Both the position numbers and the translations under genes were made by a program. This document shows positions 28,701-38,454 of a stretch of DNA of 64,000 bases, piece by piece. This DNA comes from Leucoraja erinacea (taxonomy: Eukaryota). How positions within the stretch are numbered: position 1 is the first letter of the stretch; each line of letters starts with the position of its first letter. The stretch lies in the NCBI RefSeq assembly GCF_028641065.1, contig NC_073377.1:24180001-24244000 (forward strand), given 5' to 3'. The notes below the pieces were generated by a model. The model was not told the origin of the DNA, searched no databases, and saw nothing but the letters and a program-made list of their open reading frames with translations.

Positions 28701-31700
28701 ATTTGTGGTGGCATTCACACCTTGTCTGAAAGAGCACCCGAGCAACTTAAGGGCCTGTCCCGCTTAGGCGATTTCTCAGCGTACTGCCAGCGACTGTCAA
28801 GCTCGCGGCACTCGCCTGAAAAACCGGGAACTGGAACGCTGAGTGTCAAGAGTGGAACACACACACACACAAACACATCGCAAAGGAGGGGGCCAGGGAA
28901 AGCGGGGGAGCGCTGTCTGAAATTCACACCGCGATGAACAGGAAGGTTAAGACTGTTAGCTCAGTGTACGGTAAGTCCTTTAAAAGATTGGGGGGTGGGG
29001 AGAAGTGCGGAGGAAGGAGGAGTGGAGACACTTTTAAGAAGCCAGCCTACTTTTAATAAGCCAGAGATACACAGCTGTGAAGTTTGACGGGCATTTAACA
29101 TTATCGGTTGGTTTTCCTTGGTTCTGACGTTTTTACGTGCTTACGTTTTCTTTCTCCAATGAGCCAATGAAAATGCCCGGTCAGCAAAGGAGACTACCTC
29201 GACTACCTACAACTACATGGCGACCCCACTACCACTGCACCTACGACTACAGGATTATCGATTTTCTCCATGGCGACAAACTTTTGTAGAAAAAATGTTG
29301 GTGACCATACCGAGGCCGCGACTAGTTCCCAGAATGCAGGAACTCCTTGCAACCATGAAGGAGACTCACCAGCGAACATGTGGCGAGCGCAGTCTCCTAC
29401 ACTCCCCTAAAAAGTCGCCTAAGTGGGACAGGCCCTTTAAGCTCACAACTAGCCAGAAAAATAATTTAAATAATGGATGCAAACTAGATTGTTGAGTTGT
29501 TGCCTGTTGGGCATTAAATCAGAATTGCACCTCTAGTCAGATATAAAAGAGCAGGTGGCACAAATTCAAGACCAAAAGAGCTCTCTTAGTCATGGCTCTT
29601 ACCATTATACATTAATTGTCATGACATTTATTTAATTTGCATGGATAATATGATGTGCAAATTGGTGCTGTTTTTCTGAGATTAGGAGGGGGGGGGGGGG
29701 GGGGGGGGGGGGAGAAAGAAAAGGTGTTTTTTGCACTGATGCCTGCCGAAATATTGCAAATTTTCACATTGAGTCGGTACAAAATGCAGTTAACATTGCT
29801 TTACCTTAATCACCATATTATAAAAATTATCTGGAAATAGCCTAATAGGCTAGATACAAAAGCAAGCACTAAAACCAATTCAAATCATCCAATGCAGGAA
29901 AGGTCAAAGAAAGTGCACATAACAGTTACATTTTGTTTACCTCTTTTTTACATTTTTCTGCAGTCTTTATTTGATCTCGGTGCCAAAGCTTTTTAATACT
30001 TTTCATTTGTGATTTTGATATAATTTCCCAGCGCTGAAAGACAAAATTGTTAAATGGAGTCATCATAGCTACACCATTGCATCACCATTAACAAAATCTC
30101 AGAACTCACTTCTATCACTTTATTTTCCCCTTCTCTCACCTTGCACTCTCACGGTTTTTAGTGACCCAAAATAAATAGAATATCTTCCTGTGGAAATCAC
30201 TGAGCAGTGACTGTGTAGCTAAGTACTATTTCAATTCAATTTACAAGGTTGCGGATAACACCACCGTAGTAGGCGGATATCAAATAATGATGAGATGGAC
30301 TACAGGAAGGAGACCTGGTATCAAGCAACAACCTTGCTCTCAAATGTGAGCAAGGCCAAAGAGATGGTGATCAACTTCAGGAAGCAAAGCTGTACACATA
30401 TCCCAGTATACATTGACGGCACCAAAGTAGAGATGGTTGAAATGACCGAAGTAGAGATGACCGAAGACTCTGTGTGTGTGTGTGTGTGTGCGCGTGTGTG
30501 GAGATGGTTAGTGTGTGTGTGTGAGACGCAGCAGGCCGCCCCGCAGCCGCACGTTGAGGGGACGGGACCCAACGGGTCCTACTTGGTCTAGTAATATGAT
30601 AAAATTCAACCTGCAGTTTGAGGGGAAAGATGAAATCAGATGTGTCGCTATTATTGGATGCTGCTGAGTTACTCCAGCATCTGTCTATCTTTGGTTTAAA
30701 CCAGCATCTGCAGTTCCTTCATACATGTGTCAGAATTATTGTTGAGTGAAGGTAACTACAGAGGCATGAGGGAGGAGGTGGCTAAAGTTGATTGGAAAGG
30801 GGCCCTAGCAGGAATGATGGTGGAGCAGCAATGACAGGAGTTAGCGGGAATAATTTGGATGACGCATGAACTTTGCGTGGACGTTGTTTACCTGGATTTT
30901 CATAAAGCCTTTGAAATTGTGCCACAAGTAAGGTTGCTAAAAAAAGATGAGCCCATGACATCAGAGGGAAGATACAAACGTGGATAGAGGTTAGCGGGAT
31001 TGCAGAAGGCAAAGAATGGGAATAAAGCGGGCTTTTCTGATTGTCAGTGACTTGTGGTGTTCCGCAGGGATTGGTGCTGGAGCTGCAACTCTTCACAACA
31101 TACATCAATGATTTTGATGAGGGAATTGAAGGTTTTGTGGCCAGGTTTGCTGATGACACGAAGATAGTTGGAGGGGTACGTAGTGTAAAGAAAGTATGGA
31201 CACAGCAGAAAGACTTGGACAGGTTGGAATAATAGGCAAGGAAGTGGCAGATGGAATACAGCATAGCAAAGTGTGCACTCATGCATTATGGTAGTAGGAA
31301 TAAAGGCACAGACTTTTGGGGAGATGATTCAGAAATCGGAGGTGCAAAGGGACAGTGTTTTTGCCTTGGTGTTATACTATTTTTGTCTTGGTTGCCTTCA
31401 AAACCTTTCTGGCTTGATTATGAATACATTATATTCTAATTTACACTAACAACTATCCAAATGAGTTTACATTTCCTATTGATCAAACCTCCATTCCCAT
31501 CTCCAAACAAGACCACAAACCAGAAGTCAAGCATATTGCTCAGTTTCAGAATAAGATACCACCATTTTATGCAGCCATATTACCCATTCAAACAAATCAT
31601 GTTGCTTTATAACAAGGAGATGCTAGTGTATATTTTGCACAACTTTGTTACAAAAAAAACTTGCATTTACCTCATTTTCTTTTGGGGAATCAACATAAAT

Positions 31701-34700
31701 AGTTGGAAATGGTTCCTTCTCTACTGTTTGTAAAGCCTATAAAAAATGTGCAGAAACAATAAATTATTGAGATGCATTTTCATGGAAACAGTAATTATTT
31801 TCAGCACATCACCGATTGAAATCTTACCCTGAGGGCTGTTTTAAATGGTTTTTCTTTTGTTCCTGTTCCAATTTCATCATCTCCTTCACGATCAGAGGAA
31901 TACAATTCACCTGTGAAATGTCAAAATCAAAGTTATTTTTAAAAGTTTTTTTCAGTGTACATAGAACCAAAATGTACAGCACACAAATAGGCTGGAGAAA
32001 ACAAACTAAGAGTCTCCATAATCTCCTTCTAGCTAATGTTTTCTCATCCAGGGTAAATAGTAGTGAACGTTATCTGTATCCTCTCAGAAGTTGCCTCATC
32101 CATCCTGAAATGGGGCGAACAGAACTGCACACAATACTCGTGACCAAAGTTTTATACAGCTACAGCACGACTTTCTGCCTTTTATATTCAACACCCCAAC
32201 TAATCAAGACAAGCATGTTGTTGATCTGCTTTTAACACCCCACTCACCCGTGTTGCCACTTTCAGGGAGCTGTAAACTTGTACCCCAAACGTTCTATATA
32301 ACGGTAGGCGGCGCGACTCTGGTCAGCAGCGGCCTCTGCAGCCCGTCCGCGTTATTATTATTTTTTGTCTATGTTTATATGTAGTTTTTGTTATTTTTTG
32401 TTGGGGTGTGTGTGTGTGTGTGTGTGTGGTGCGGGGGGTGGGGGTGGGGTGGGAGGGATGGGGCAACTTTTTAAATCTCCCCTGCACGGGAGACCCGACC
32501 TTTTCTTGTCGGGTCTTCGTTGTCGTTGGGGCTGCAAATGAGGAGCGGCCTCCAACAGAAAAAGCCGGGGACTCTGGTGCCGACTCACCTCACCGTCGCG
32601 GAGCTGGCCGAGTCCGGAGCGGGTGGAGCGGTGGTGGAGCGCTGCTGCTGCTGCCGATTCGGAGGCTGCAACTGCGGGTCTGCGGACGGCGGCACCGGGA
32701 GCCCGCGGGTCCCTGGAGGGAGACCGCTTTTCAGGGCTCCTGCAACGGCGACTTCTCCCGCCCGAGTTGCGGGGTCGAAGAGCTCCTGGAGCGGGACCTA
32801 ACATCACCGACCCCGCGCGGCTTGGAATGGCCGCGGGACTCTGCGAGCGCACGCCGGGGGCTCTAACACCAAGACCCGGTGTGCGACCTCGCACCACCCG
32901 GCGTGGCTTTAATGGCCGCGGGACAATCGCCATCGCCAGCCGGGGGCTTTGACTTTGACATCGGGGGGGGGGGGGGGGGGGGGGAAGAGTGCAGTGGAGA
33001 GATAAGTTTTTTTTTGGCCTTCCATCACAGCAATGTGATGGATGTTTATGTAAAATGTAAATTGTGTTGTGTCTGGGGTCTATTTGTTTGTAATGTATGG
33101 CTGCAGAAACGGCATTTCGTTTGCACCTCAAAGGGTCCAAATGACAATTAAATTGTATTGTATTGTACTATACAAAGCTTCTAAACACTCTCCCGTTTAC
33201 AGTATAATCCTCTTTTACATATCATCTCACAATGGTCCAGAGAGAACACCGTCAGCAGGTTCCTGCCCACATTTCCATTATCTACATTATGGATTCTTGA
33301 ACAAACCTGTAGATGGTTTATGCATGCAACCTATAATGTAGCTACCTCAATACCACTAACCACGCCTTAGTTATCTCAGTATAATTGTGATATCTTCCCC
33401 CTTGCTCCTCCCCTGGTTCCAGTACGCCTGAAGACTAGATGCAGTCAGTACTGGGACGTGCCTTACATGTGCCTTTATTAAATACTCAGTAAAGTTACAG
33501 GTGTGCCAGACTTGACTTCTTTACACAACCCTACAAAATCATTCCTACCTCAACATTACAATGGACTTGCTTATATGTTTAATGTGGTGGCTGAGTCAAT
33601 GTGGCTGTGATGCAAGCCAAGATTTTCTATTCCTGTACTTCACCATAATTTAATGACAAACTTGACAATATCCCGCTGAAGTATTTGACAACTTTCCTCA
33701 CCAACCACAACTCTACCAATTTTTGCATTGTCTATACATTTACTCATCAAACCAACTACATTTCATCTTGAACATTAATGAATATTACAGAGGTCCCAGC
33801 CATGTGTCTTAATCTTCTGGATGAGTTTAACATCAAAAAATAATTCAATTGATATTGAGAGGGTTGCTCTCAAAAGCCTTATGGAAATAAACGTCGTCAA
33901 TGTCTGCTGCATGACCCTTATGCCCCTGTCCCATTTAGGAAAGCTGAAGGGGAAGCACTCGTGACCTTGCCTGTGAGCCAAGGTCTCCATGTAGTGTGCG
34001 ACACACACACACAAAAACACACACACACAGCGAAGGTGGGGGCCATGGAGAGCGGAGGAGCGATGTCTGCGTGATGAAGAGGAAGGAGAAGGGGTGGAGA
34101 CAGTTATAAGAAGTTTAATAAATTTAACAGGCATTTTACCTACTGGCGGGTCTTCTAAGTCCTGAAAACTCCAATGAGCCAATCAAAATGGTCGGCCAGC
34201 TAAGGAGATTGCCTTCGACTGCCTGAAAGTAATTAGCGACCCCACTCCACTGGTTTCGACCAAGCGGCAACCTATTTTTAGTCAAGTCCGGTTTTGATTT
34301 TGTTGAAACAATCGAAGCAACCTAAATGAAGCCTCGATCACACGGAAACCACTTTCGACCATTATGGAGAGTGACCAAAACCCCCGGCGACCTCATGGAA
34401 ACCTTGGGTCATGGGCAAAGTAACCAGAGGTTTCCTAAGTGGGACAGGGGCGTTAATCATCTTAGTTACCTCCTTAAAAATCCTAATCCAGCAATCTTAA
34501 AACATGACCTCTCCCACCACCACAAATAAGTCTCTGCTTTTCCATCCTAAAATCACATACAAAAAGTAATCCTCCGTCAGTTTCGCCACCTCCAACGTGA
34601 CCTCACCACTCGCCACATCTTCCCATCTCCCCCCATATCTGCCTTCCGCAAAGACCGCTCCCTCCATAACTCCCTTGTCAATTCTTCCCTTCCCTCTCGT

Positions 34701-36759
34701 ACCACCCCCTCCCCGGGCACTTTCCCTTGCAACCGCAAGAGATGCAACACTTGTCCCTTTACCTCCCCCTTCGACTCCGTTCAAGGACCCAAGCAATCGT
34801 TCCAGGTGCGACAGAGGTTTACCTGCATCTCCTCCAACCTCATCTATTGCATCCGCTGCTCTAGATGTCAGCAGATCTATATTGGTGAGACCAAGCGGAG
34901 GTTGGGCGATCGTTTCGCCGAACACCTCCGCTCGGTCCGCAATAACCAAGCTGACCTCCCGGTGGCTCAGCACTTCCTGCATTTTTCCTGCATTTAGCCT
35001 GTCCAATCCTTTAAGAATTGTATATGTTTCTGTAAGATTCCCTCTCATCCTTCTAAATTCCAGTGAATACAAGCCCAGTCAAGCAATCCCAGGAATTAAC
35101 CTGGTGAACCTATGCTGCACTCCCTCAATAGCAATAATGCTGAACTCCCTCAATAGGGTGATTTCACCAAAGGTCAAATGAGCGTAGATCCCCCCTCACG
35201 TGACCGAAAATTTTAACTGGAGGACATCTCTCAGTTTGGTACATGTAAGTGAATGGGGAAACACGCACTTTCCCACCCGTTAAAAACATGGAAAACGGCC
35301 GATTTTTGAGCTGAAATTTTCTGTGGTAGTTGGGGCGACCGTGAAGCACAGCGACCTAAATTTTCAGGCAAAAAAAAAGATAGAAAGTGAGGTAATTACA
35401 AGAGGGAACTGAAGGTAGAAAGCGGCAGAAGTGAACAGCTGACAATTGCCGTGGTGATTTTAAGATCCAAAATATCGGGAATTATCACGTTTGCTCGCTG
35501 AATTTCATCAAAAGTAAGGCATTATTAACTTACTTTTGATGAAATTCAGCGAGCAAACGCGATAATTCCCGATATTTTGGATCTTAAAATCACCACGGCA
35601 ATTGTCAGCTGCTCACTTCCGCCGCTTTCTACCTTCAGTTCCCTCTTGTAATTACCTTACTTTCTATCTTTTTTTTTGCCTGAAAATTTAGGTCGCTGTG
35701 CTTCACGGTCACCCCGACTAGCACAGAAAATTTCAGCTCAAAAATCGGCCGTTTTCCATGTTTTTAACGGGTGGGAAAGTGCGTGTTTCCCCATTCACTT
35801 ACATGTACCAAACTGAGAGATGTCCAGTTAAAATTTTCGGTCACGTGAGTGGGGATCTACGCTCATTTGACCTTTGGTGAAATCACCCTATAGCAGTAAC
35901 GCCCTTCCTCAAATTAGGAGACCAAAATTGCACACAATACTCCCGGTGCGGTCTCACCAAGGACCTGTAAACTGCAGTAGGAGCTCCTTGCTCCTAAATT
36001 CAAATCCTCTGGCAATTAAGGCCAATATGCCATTGGCTTTCTTCACTGCCTGCTGTACATGCATGTTTAAAGCCCTGTCCCAGAATGAACCCGTACCGTG
36101 GGACAGGGCTATTACTTTCAGTGATTGATGTACAAGCATGCACAGGTCAGTTGCATCTCCCCTTTTCCTAATCTGACACAATTCAGATAATAATCTGCTT
36201 TCCCGTTCTTGCCACCAAAGTGGGTAAACTCACATTCATCCACATTATACTGCATCTGCCCACTCCCCCAAAAAGGTCTGAAGGGTCTTGACACGAAATT
36301 CCTGCCTGTCCCGCTGAATTGCTCCAGCATTTTGTGTCTAAATGCAATGGGAGTTAGCCGGTGGCCGGTGCCCAACACGAACTAGATCAACCCGCTTGGG
36401 CGCGCCGTCTTTTTACCACCCCGGGGGGCAAGAGGAAGGGAAACCAGCGCGGAAGGTGACCGGCAGCGGGTCGCCCACCCAGGCGGGGCCGGGGCCGGGG
36501 TAGGAGCCGGGGCCGCCTGTGAAAGGCGACAGTCCAGTCCCGTCCCCCCCCCCCGTCATCACCAGAGAGGGGTAGACGAGCCAAACTCGCAGGCCGGCGA
36601 TCCAGCTGCTCCCCGCTGATCGCAGAGCCGCATCGCATCGCATCGCCGGCCCGGCCCCGCCCCGCCCGGTGTCCCGGCGCCACCGGTGCCTGGCGCAGGG
36701 TAACCGGCCTCACCTAACGACAGCTTCGCCGTCTCCTCACACACGTCTCCGGCAGACAT
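4628..36759 (-). CDS. NARS1: Cytoplasmic asparaginyl-tRNA synthetase, complete 15-exon CDS (1683 nt, 560 aa + stop)
   Basis: Exons join in frame through GT..AG introns: 36759-36714, 31910-31828, 31736-31671, 30033-29941, 25864-25775, 23206-23128, 19428-19358, 19111-19025, 18095-17874, 17011-16812, 14795-14660, 9976-9863, 9119-8988, 7052-6921, 4759-4628. Class IIb motifs present: OB-fold [23 protein letters not shown], motif 2 [24 protein letters not shown], motif 3 [12 protein letters not shown]. Confidence 0.97.
5380..5704 (-). mobile_element. tRNA-derived V-domain SINE (HE1-like) with CR1-type tail
   Basis: GGGGCGACACGGTGGCACAG A-box head, GGTTTCCTCC..ACTCCAAAGACGT V-domain, (CTAAA)n-like tail. 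Related fragments at 57351-57780 and 60945-61061. Confidence 0.8.
6921..7052 (-). CDS. NARS1: NARS1 exon 14 ([17 protein letters not shown]...YYWYTDQ)
   Basis: ORF 6867..7052; rare GAG acceptor (tttgtgag), gtaagt donor, 132 nt. Confidence 0.94.
8538..8800 (+). mobile_element. Penelope-like element 3' end with pLTR
   Basis: [26 protein letters not shown] followed by a pLTR with degenerate hammerhead motif. Confidence 0.8.
8988..9119 (-). CDS. NARS1: NARS1 exon 13 ([12 protein letters not shown]...[15 protein letters not shown])
   Basis: ORF 8955..9182; gcacag acceptor, gtaaaa donor. Confidence 0.96.
9863..9976 (-). CDS. NARS1: NARS1 exon 12 ([18 protein letters not shown]...FYEFGE)
   Basis: ORF 9815..10000; atcag acceptor, gtattt donor. 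Confidence 0.96.
10449..12295 (-). mobile_element. Tc1-family IR/DR DNA transposon with decayed DD34E transposase
   Basis: TA|CAGTG...CACTG|TA ends; long inverted ends with internal DR AAGTATTCAGACCC; fragments [44 protein letters not shown]. Confidence 0.93.
11647..11944 (-). mobile_element. CR1 LINE 3' fragment nested in the Tc1
   Basis: Minus-strand CR1 tail ([25 protein letters not shown] + TTTCTATG-type end); Tc1 sequence rejoins as GGAC|CTTATATAGACAGG. Confidence 0.85.
12774..13322 (+). mobile_element. CpG-rich non-coding retroposon inside a CR1
   Basis: Starts GCCAAGATGGCG (YY1-like), poly-G, CpG-rich body, ATTCA-repeat tail. Confidence 0.55.
14660..14795 (-). CDS. NARS1: NARS1 exon 11 ([45 protein letters not shown])
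   Basis: tttcag acceptor, gtaagt donor, 136 nt. Confidence 0.96.
16298..16527. mobile_element. Inverted pair of Penelope pLTRs with 16-bp TSD
   Basis: About 95-bp inverted arms 16298-16495; TSD CACAAATTCAGTATCA at 16282-16297 and 16528-16543. Confidence 0.85.
16400..16427 (+). ncRNA. Minimal type I hammerhead ribozyme motif (PLE-associated)
   Basis: CUGAAGA-A-GGGU-UUCG-GCCC-GAAACGUU; short helix I GGU/GCC. Confidence 0.65.
16812..17011 (-). CDS. NARS1: NARS1 exon 10 ([14 protein letters not shown]...[14 protein letters not shown])
   Basis: ORF 16784..17074; tttcag acceptor, gttggt donor (phase 2). Confidence 0.96.
17874..18095 (-). CDS. NARS1: NARS1 exon 9 ([16 protein letters not shown]...[12 protein letters not shown])
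   Basis: ORF 17841..18125; ttccag acceptor, gtatgt donor, 222 nt. Confidence 0.97.
19025..19111 (-). CDS. NARS1: NARS1 exon 8 ([29 protein letters not shown])
   Basis: cttcag acceptor, gtagac donor, 87 nt. Confidence 0.95.
19358..19428 (-). CDS. NARS1: NARS1 exon 7 ([23 protein letters not shown])
   Basis: ttaacag acceptor, gtaatc donor. Confidence 0.96.
19538..22980 (+). mobile_element. Cluster of CR1 LINE fragments in NARS1 intron 6
   Basis: Copies at about 19538-20566, 20800-21570 and 21990-22980 with RT and 3' motifs. Confidence 0.85.
23128..23206 (-). CDS. NARS1: NARS1 exon 6 ([27 protein letters not shown])
   Basis: ttcatag acceptor, gtgagt donor, start of anticodon-binding OB fold. 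Confidence 0.96.
24872..25735. mobile_element. Non-autonomous TIR DNA transposon with 7-bp TSD
   Basis: TAGCAATGTTACAAAA...TTTTGTAACATACCTA flanked by CATCATG on both sides. Confidence 0.8.
25775..25864 (-). CDS. NARS1: NARS1 exon 5 ([30 protein letters not shown])
   Basis: aacag acceptor, gtaatt donor, 90 nt. Confidence 0.95.
26364..27903 (+). mobile_element. Young 5'-truncated CR1 LINE (RT plus 3' tail)
   Basis: [47 protein letters not shown]; few frameshifts. Confidence 0.93.
28750..29436. mobile_element. PIF/Harbinger MITE
   Basis: TTA|AGGGCCTGTCCCGCTTAGGCGA...TCGCCTAAGTGGGACAGGCCCT|TTA. Confidence 0.85.
29941..30033 (-). CDS. NARS1: NARS1 exon 4 ([31 protein letters not shown])
   Basis: tttcag acceptor, gtaaac donor, 93 nt. 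Confidence 0.95.
30470..30591 (+). mobile_element. Helitron 3' end fragment with (GT)n
   Basis: GGACCCAACGGGTCC hairpin then CTTGGTCTAG|T; same end as 48886. Confidence 0.65.
31671..31736 (-). CDS. NARS1: NARS1 exon 3 ([22 protein letters not shown])
   Basis: atag acceptor, gtaaat donor, 66 nt in frame. Confidence 0.95.
31828..31910 (-). CDS. NARS1: NARS1 exon 2 ([27 protein letters not shown])
   Basis: ttcacag acceptor, gtaaga donor, matches vertebrate NARS1 N-terminal domain. Confidence 0.95.
32300..33167 (+). mobile_element. CpG-rich non-coding retroposon in NARS1 intron 1
   Basis: (GT)n and poly-G blocks, CpG-rich body, ATGACAATTAAA + (TTGTA)n tail. Confidence 0.55.
33921..34452. mobile_element. 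PIF/Harbinger MITE
   Basis: TTA|TGCCCCTGTCCCATTTAGGAAA...TTTCCTAAGTGGGACAGGGGCG|TTA; interior related to 28750-29436. Confidence 0.85.
34500..34975 (+). mobile_element. Penelope-like element GIY-YIG endonuclease fragment
   Basis: [37 protein letters not shown]. Confidence 0.9.
35155..35889. mobile_element. Near-perfect palindromic MITE (about 365-bp arms), AT target duplication (ISL2EU/Harbinger-like)
   Basis: AGGGTGATTTCACC...GGTGAAATCACCCT; arms pair to a roughly 10-nt loop near 35520; inserted in a CR1 as ccctcaAT|..|ATagcag. Confidence 0.85.
36070..36111. mobile_element. 42-bp minimal Harbinger-type element inside a CR1
   Basis: TTA|AAGCCCTGTCCCA..TGGGACAGGGCTA|TTA; the CR1 rejoins across it. 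Confidence 0.75.
36714..36759 (-). CDS. NARS1: NARS1 coding exon 1 ([16 protein letters not shown])
   Basis: ACAATGT Kozak context inside the CpG island; G|GTGAG donor; phase 1 matches exon 2. Confidence 0.88.
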
Positions 36760-36804
36760 TGTCCGTGCCCGAGGCTCAGCGGCGGCTGCAGTTGATGTGA
36801 CGGT

Positions 36805-36821
36805 CAAAGATCCTATAGCAG
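36805..36821. mobile_element. 17-bp transposon-end remnant with 8-bp TSD in the NARS1 5' UTR/promoter
   Basis: GTGACGGT|CAAAGATCCTATAGCAG|GTGACGGT. Confidence 0.7.
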
Positions 36822-37098
36822 GTGACGGTGACGGCGGCGGCGGCCGTTTATCAATGAGGAGGCGCGAGGAGGAGGAGACCGTTGGGGGGGGGGCGGGGCT
36901 TGTGGGCCGGAACGTCATTGACCACCACCCAGAGCCGCTCTCTGATTGGACGAGCGGCAGCGTGGCGGACAAGAGCAGCTCGCGCCTGCGCACAAGGGAG
37001 CTAGTTGCTGCCGGTTGCATCAGTCGGAGGCGGAGAGGGGGAGGGGGAGGGCGTACCCCCTTGCTCCCAGCCAACATCACAAAATGCACCATTTGGTG

Positions 37099-37122
37099 CA
37101 AAGATCCTATAGCAGATCTTTG
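37099..37122. mobile_element. 24-bp fused transposon-end remnant with 8-bp TSD
   Basis: ATTTGGTG|CAAAGATCCTATAGCAGATCTTTG|ATTTGATG. Confidence 0.7.
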
Positions 37123-37204
37123 ATTTGATGTTTGTTGAAACTGAAAGAAACCACTGCCGGGAAACAGCAATGTGAAAGAGAAATGAAACTGAAATAGAGT
37201 TCAG

Positions 37205-37815
37205 AGATAGTGTCAAGAGTGTTTTATTATTATATTAATTTTCACTTGCACTAGGAAGCTTTTAGTTGCTGTAGTTCATGGGCTCATTAAATGCATCAAC
37301 ACAACGAATAAATACGCCATTTATTAGTCATGATTGTAAACCAACCCTGATTGTACAAATCGAAATACACAGTGTAACCGTAGAAGTGCAAAGTTCATCA
37401 TAGTTTGGTGCCAAGGTAGGGTTATGGTTGATGGTGCAGAGAGATGCAAGAGCCTGATGGTTGCTGCAGAGAAGCTGTTCCTGAACCTGATGCTCATGGT
37501 TCTCAAGCTCTGTCTGATACCTTCCTGGTGGGGGCAATGAGATGAGAGCATGGCCAGGATAGTGTGGCCTATGATTGAGATTAGCTGCCCTCTTGAGGGT
37601 GTGCTTCTGTACCCTTGATGGACACGACAACATCCACCACCATCTGCATGCTCTTCTCCAGTCTTGAGCATTCACAGTACTAAACCAGGCTGTGATGCAA
37701 TCAGTCAGTATCTTTGGTCATTATGCTCTCCATCATACACCTACGGAAGTTCAACAGAGTAGCGACACGTGACATCTCCTCAAACTTCAGAGAAAGTAGA
37801 GTAGGATTTCTGAGC
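37205..37815 (-). mobile_element. Decayed Rex1/Babar LINE 3' fragment upstream of the NARS1 promoter
   Basis: RRCMMESIMT, RQSLRTMSIRFRNSF motifs. Confidence 0.65.
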
Positions 37816-38454
37816 CCAAGACAGATCATGGCTCGAGGGGCCGAATAGCCTACTCCTGCACCTATTGTGTATTGCTTATCATCAGAGATATGCAATTCAT
37901 AAATTCTTCAAATCTACGTAGCCTGGGAGAATGTGCAACCCCACACAGACAGAATTAATATGTCAGGACTGAAACCGGGTCTCTGGAGCCATGAAGCAAA
38001 CTTCACCACTGTGCCAACCGAATTGCACTAATTATTGCACTAATGGAGTGTGACCTGATAACTCAGAAACACTGTCTCAGGAGATGAAGGGAAGCACACC
38101 TTTTACCACCTTAACCGCATGTATTGCAGCTTTGTATTTCCAATCCCAGATTCCTCTGTACTTTATGCTCCAATAAGCGAGTTCGGTATTCCGACTGCGC
38201 ATGCCCGGGTCATAGGTCACTGGCTATAAAACAGTCTTGGCAATGGTGATGCTGCACTGTGTGCCGGCTTGCATTCCGTCCATGGTCAAGTTCAGCTCTC
38301 CGTCACTGCGGGTGCTGTTGGTCTGTCCCCTCCCCGATGTCCTGTCCCTGTCTGGAGGTGTCCGGGGTGGCTCAGGGCTGGCGGGGTGGCCCTGGACTTG
38401 CAGCCGCTGGACTCTGCCTGTGGTCGGCAGCCCACCACCTCCACCCCCCTCCCC

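Larger units (their letters stand above)
36355..37075 (-). promoter_or_regulatory. CpG-island promoter and 5' UTR of NARS1
   Basis: High GC/CpG block around exon 1; GC box GGGGCGGGG near 36890; CCAAT (ATTGG on +) near 36945. Confidence 0.8.

Noticed and set aside
32391-33140. 249-aa and overlapping GC-rich ORFs (also at 1755-2286 and 12839-13328)
   Set aside because: Open on several frames and both strands because of GC richness; no domain motifs; they lie inside repeats
36559-37170. 203-aa ORF extending NARS1 upstream in frame (possible N-terminal extension)
   Set aside because: Low-complexity translation of the CpG island; it runs through promoter motifs and a 25-nt insertion scar, so the open frame is probably coincidental
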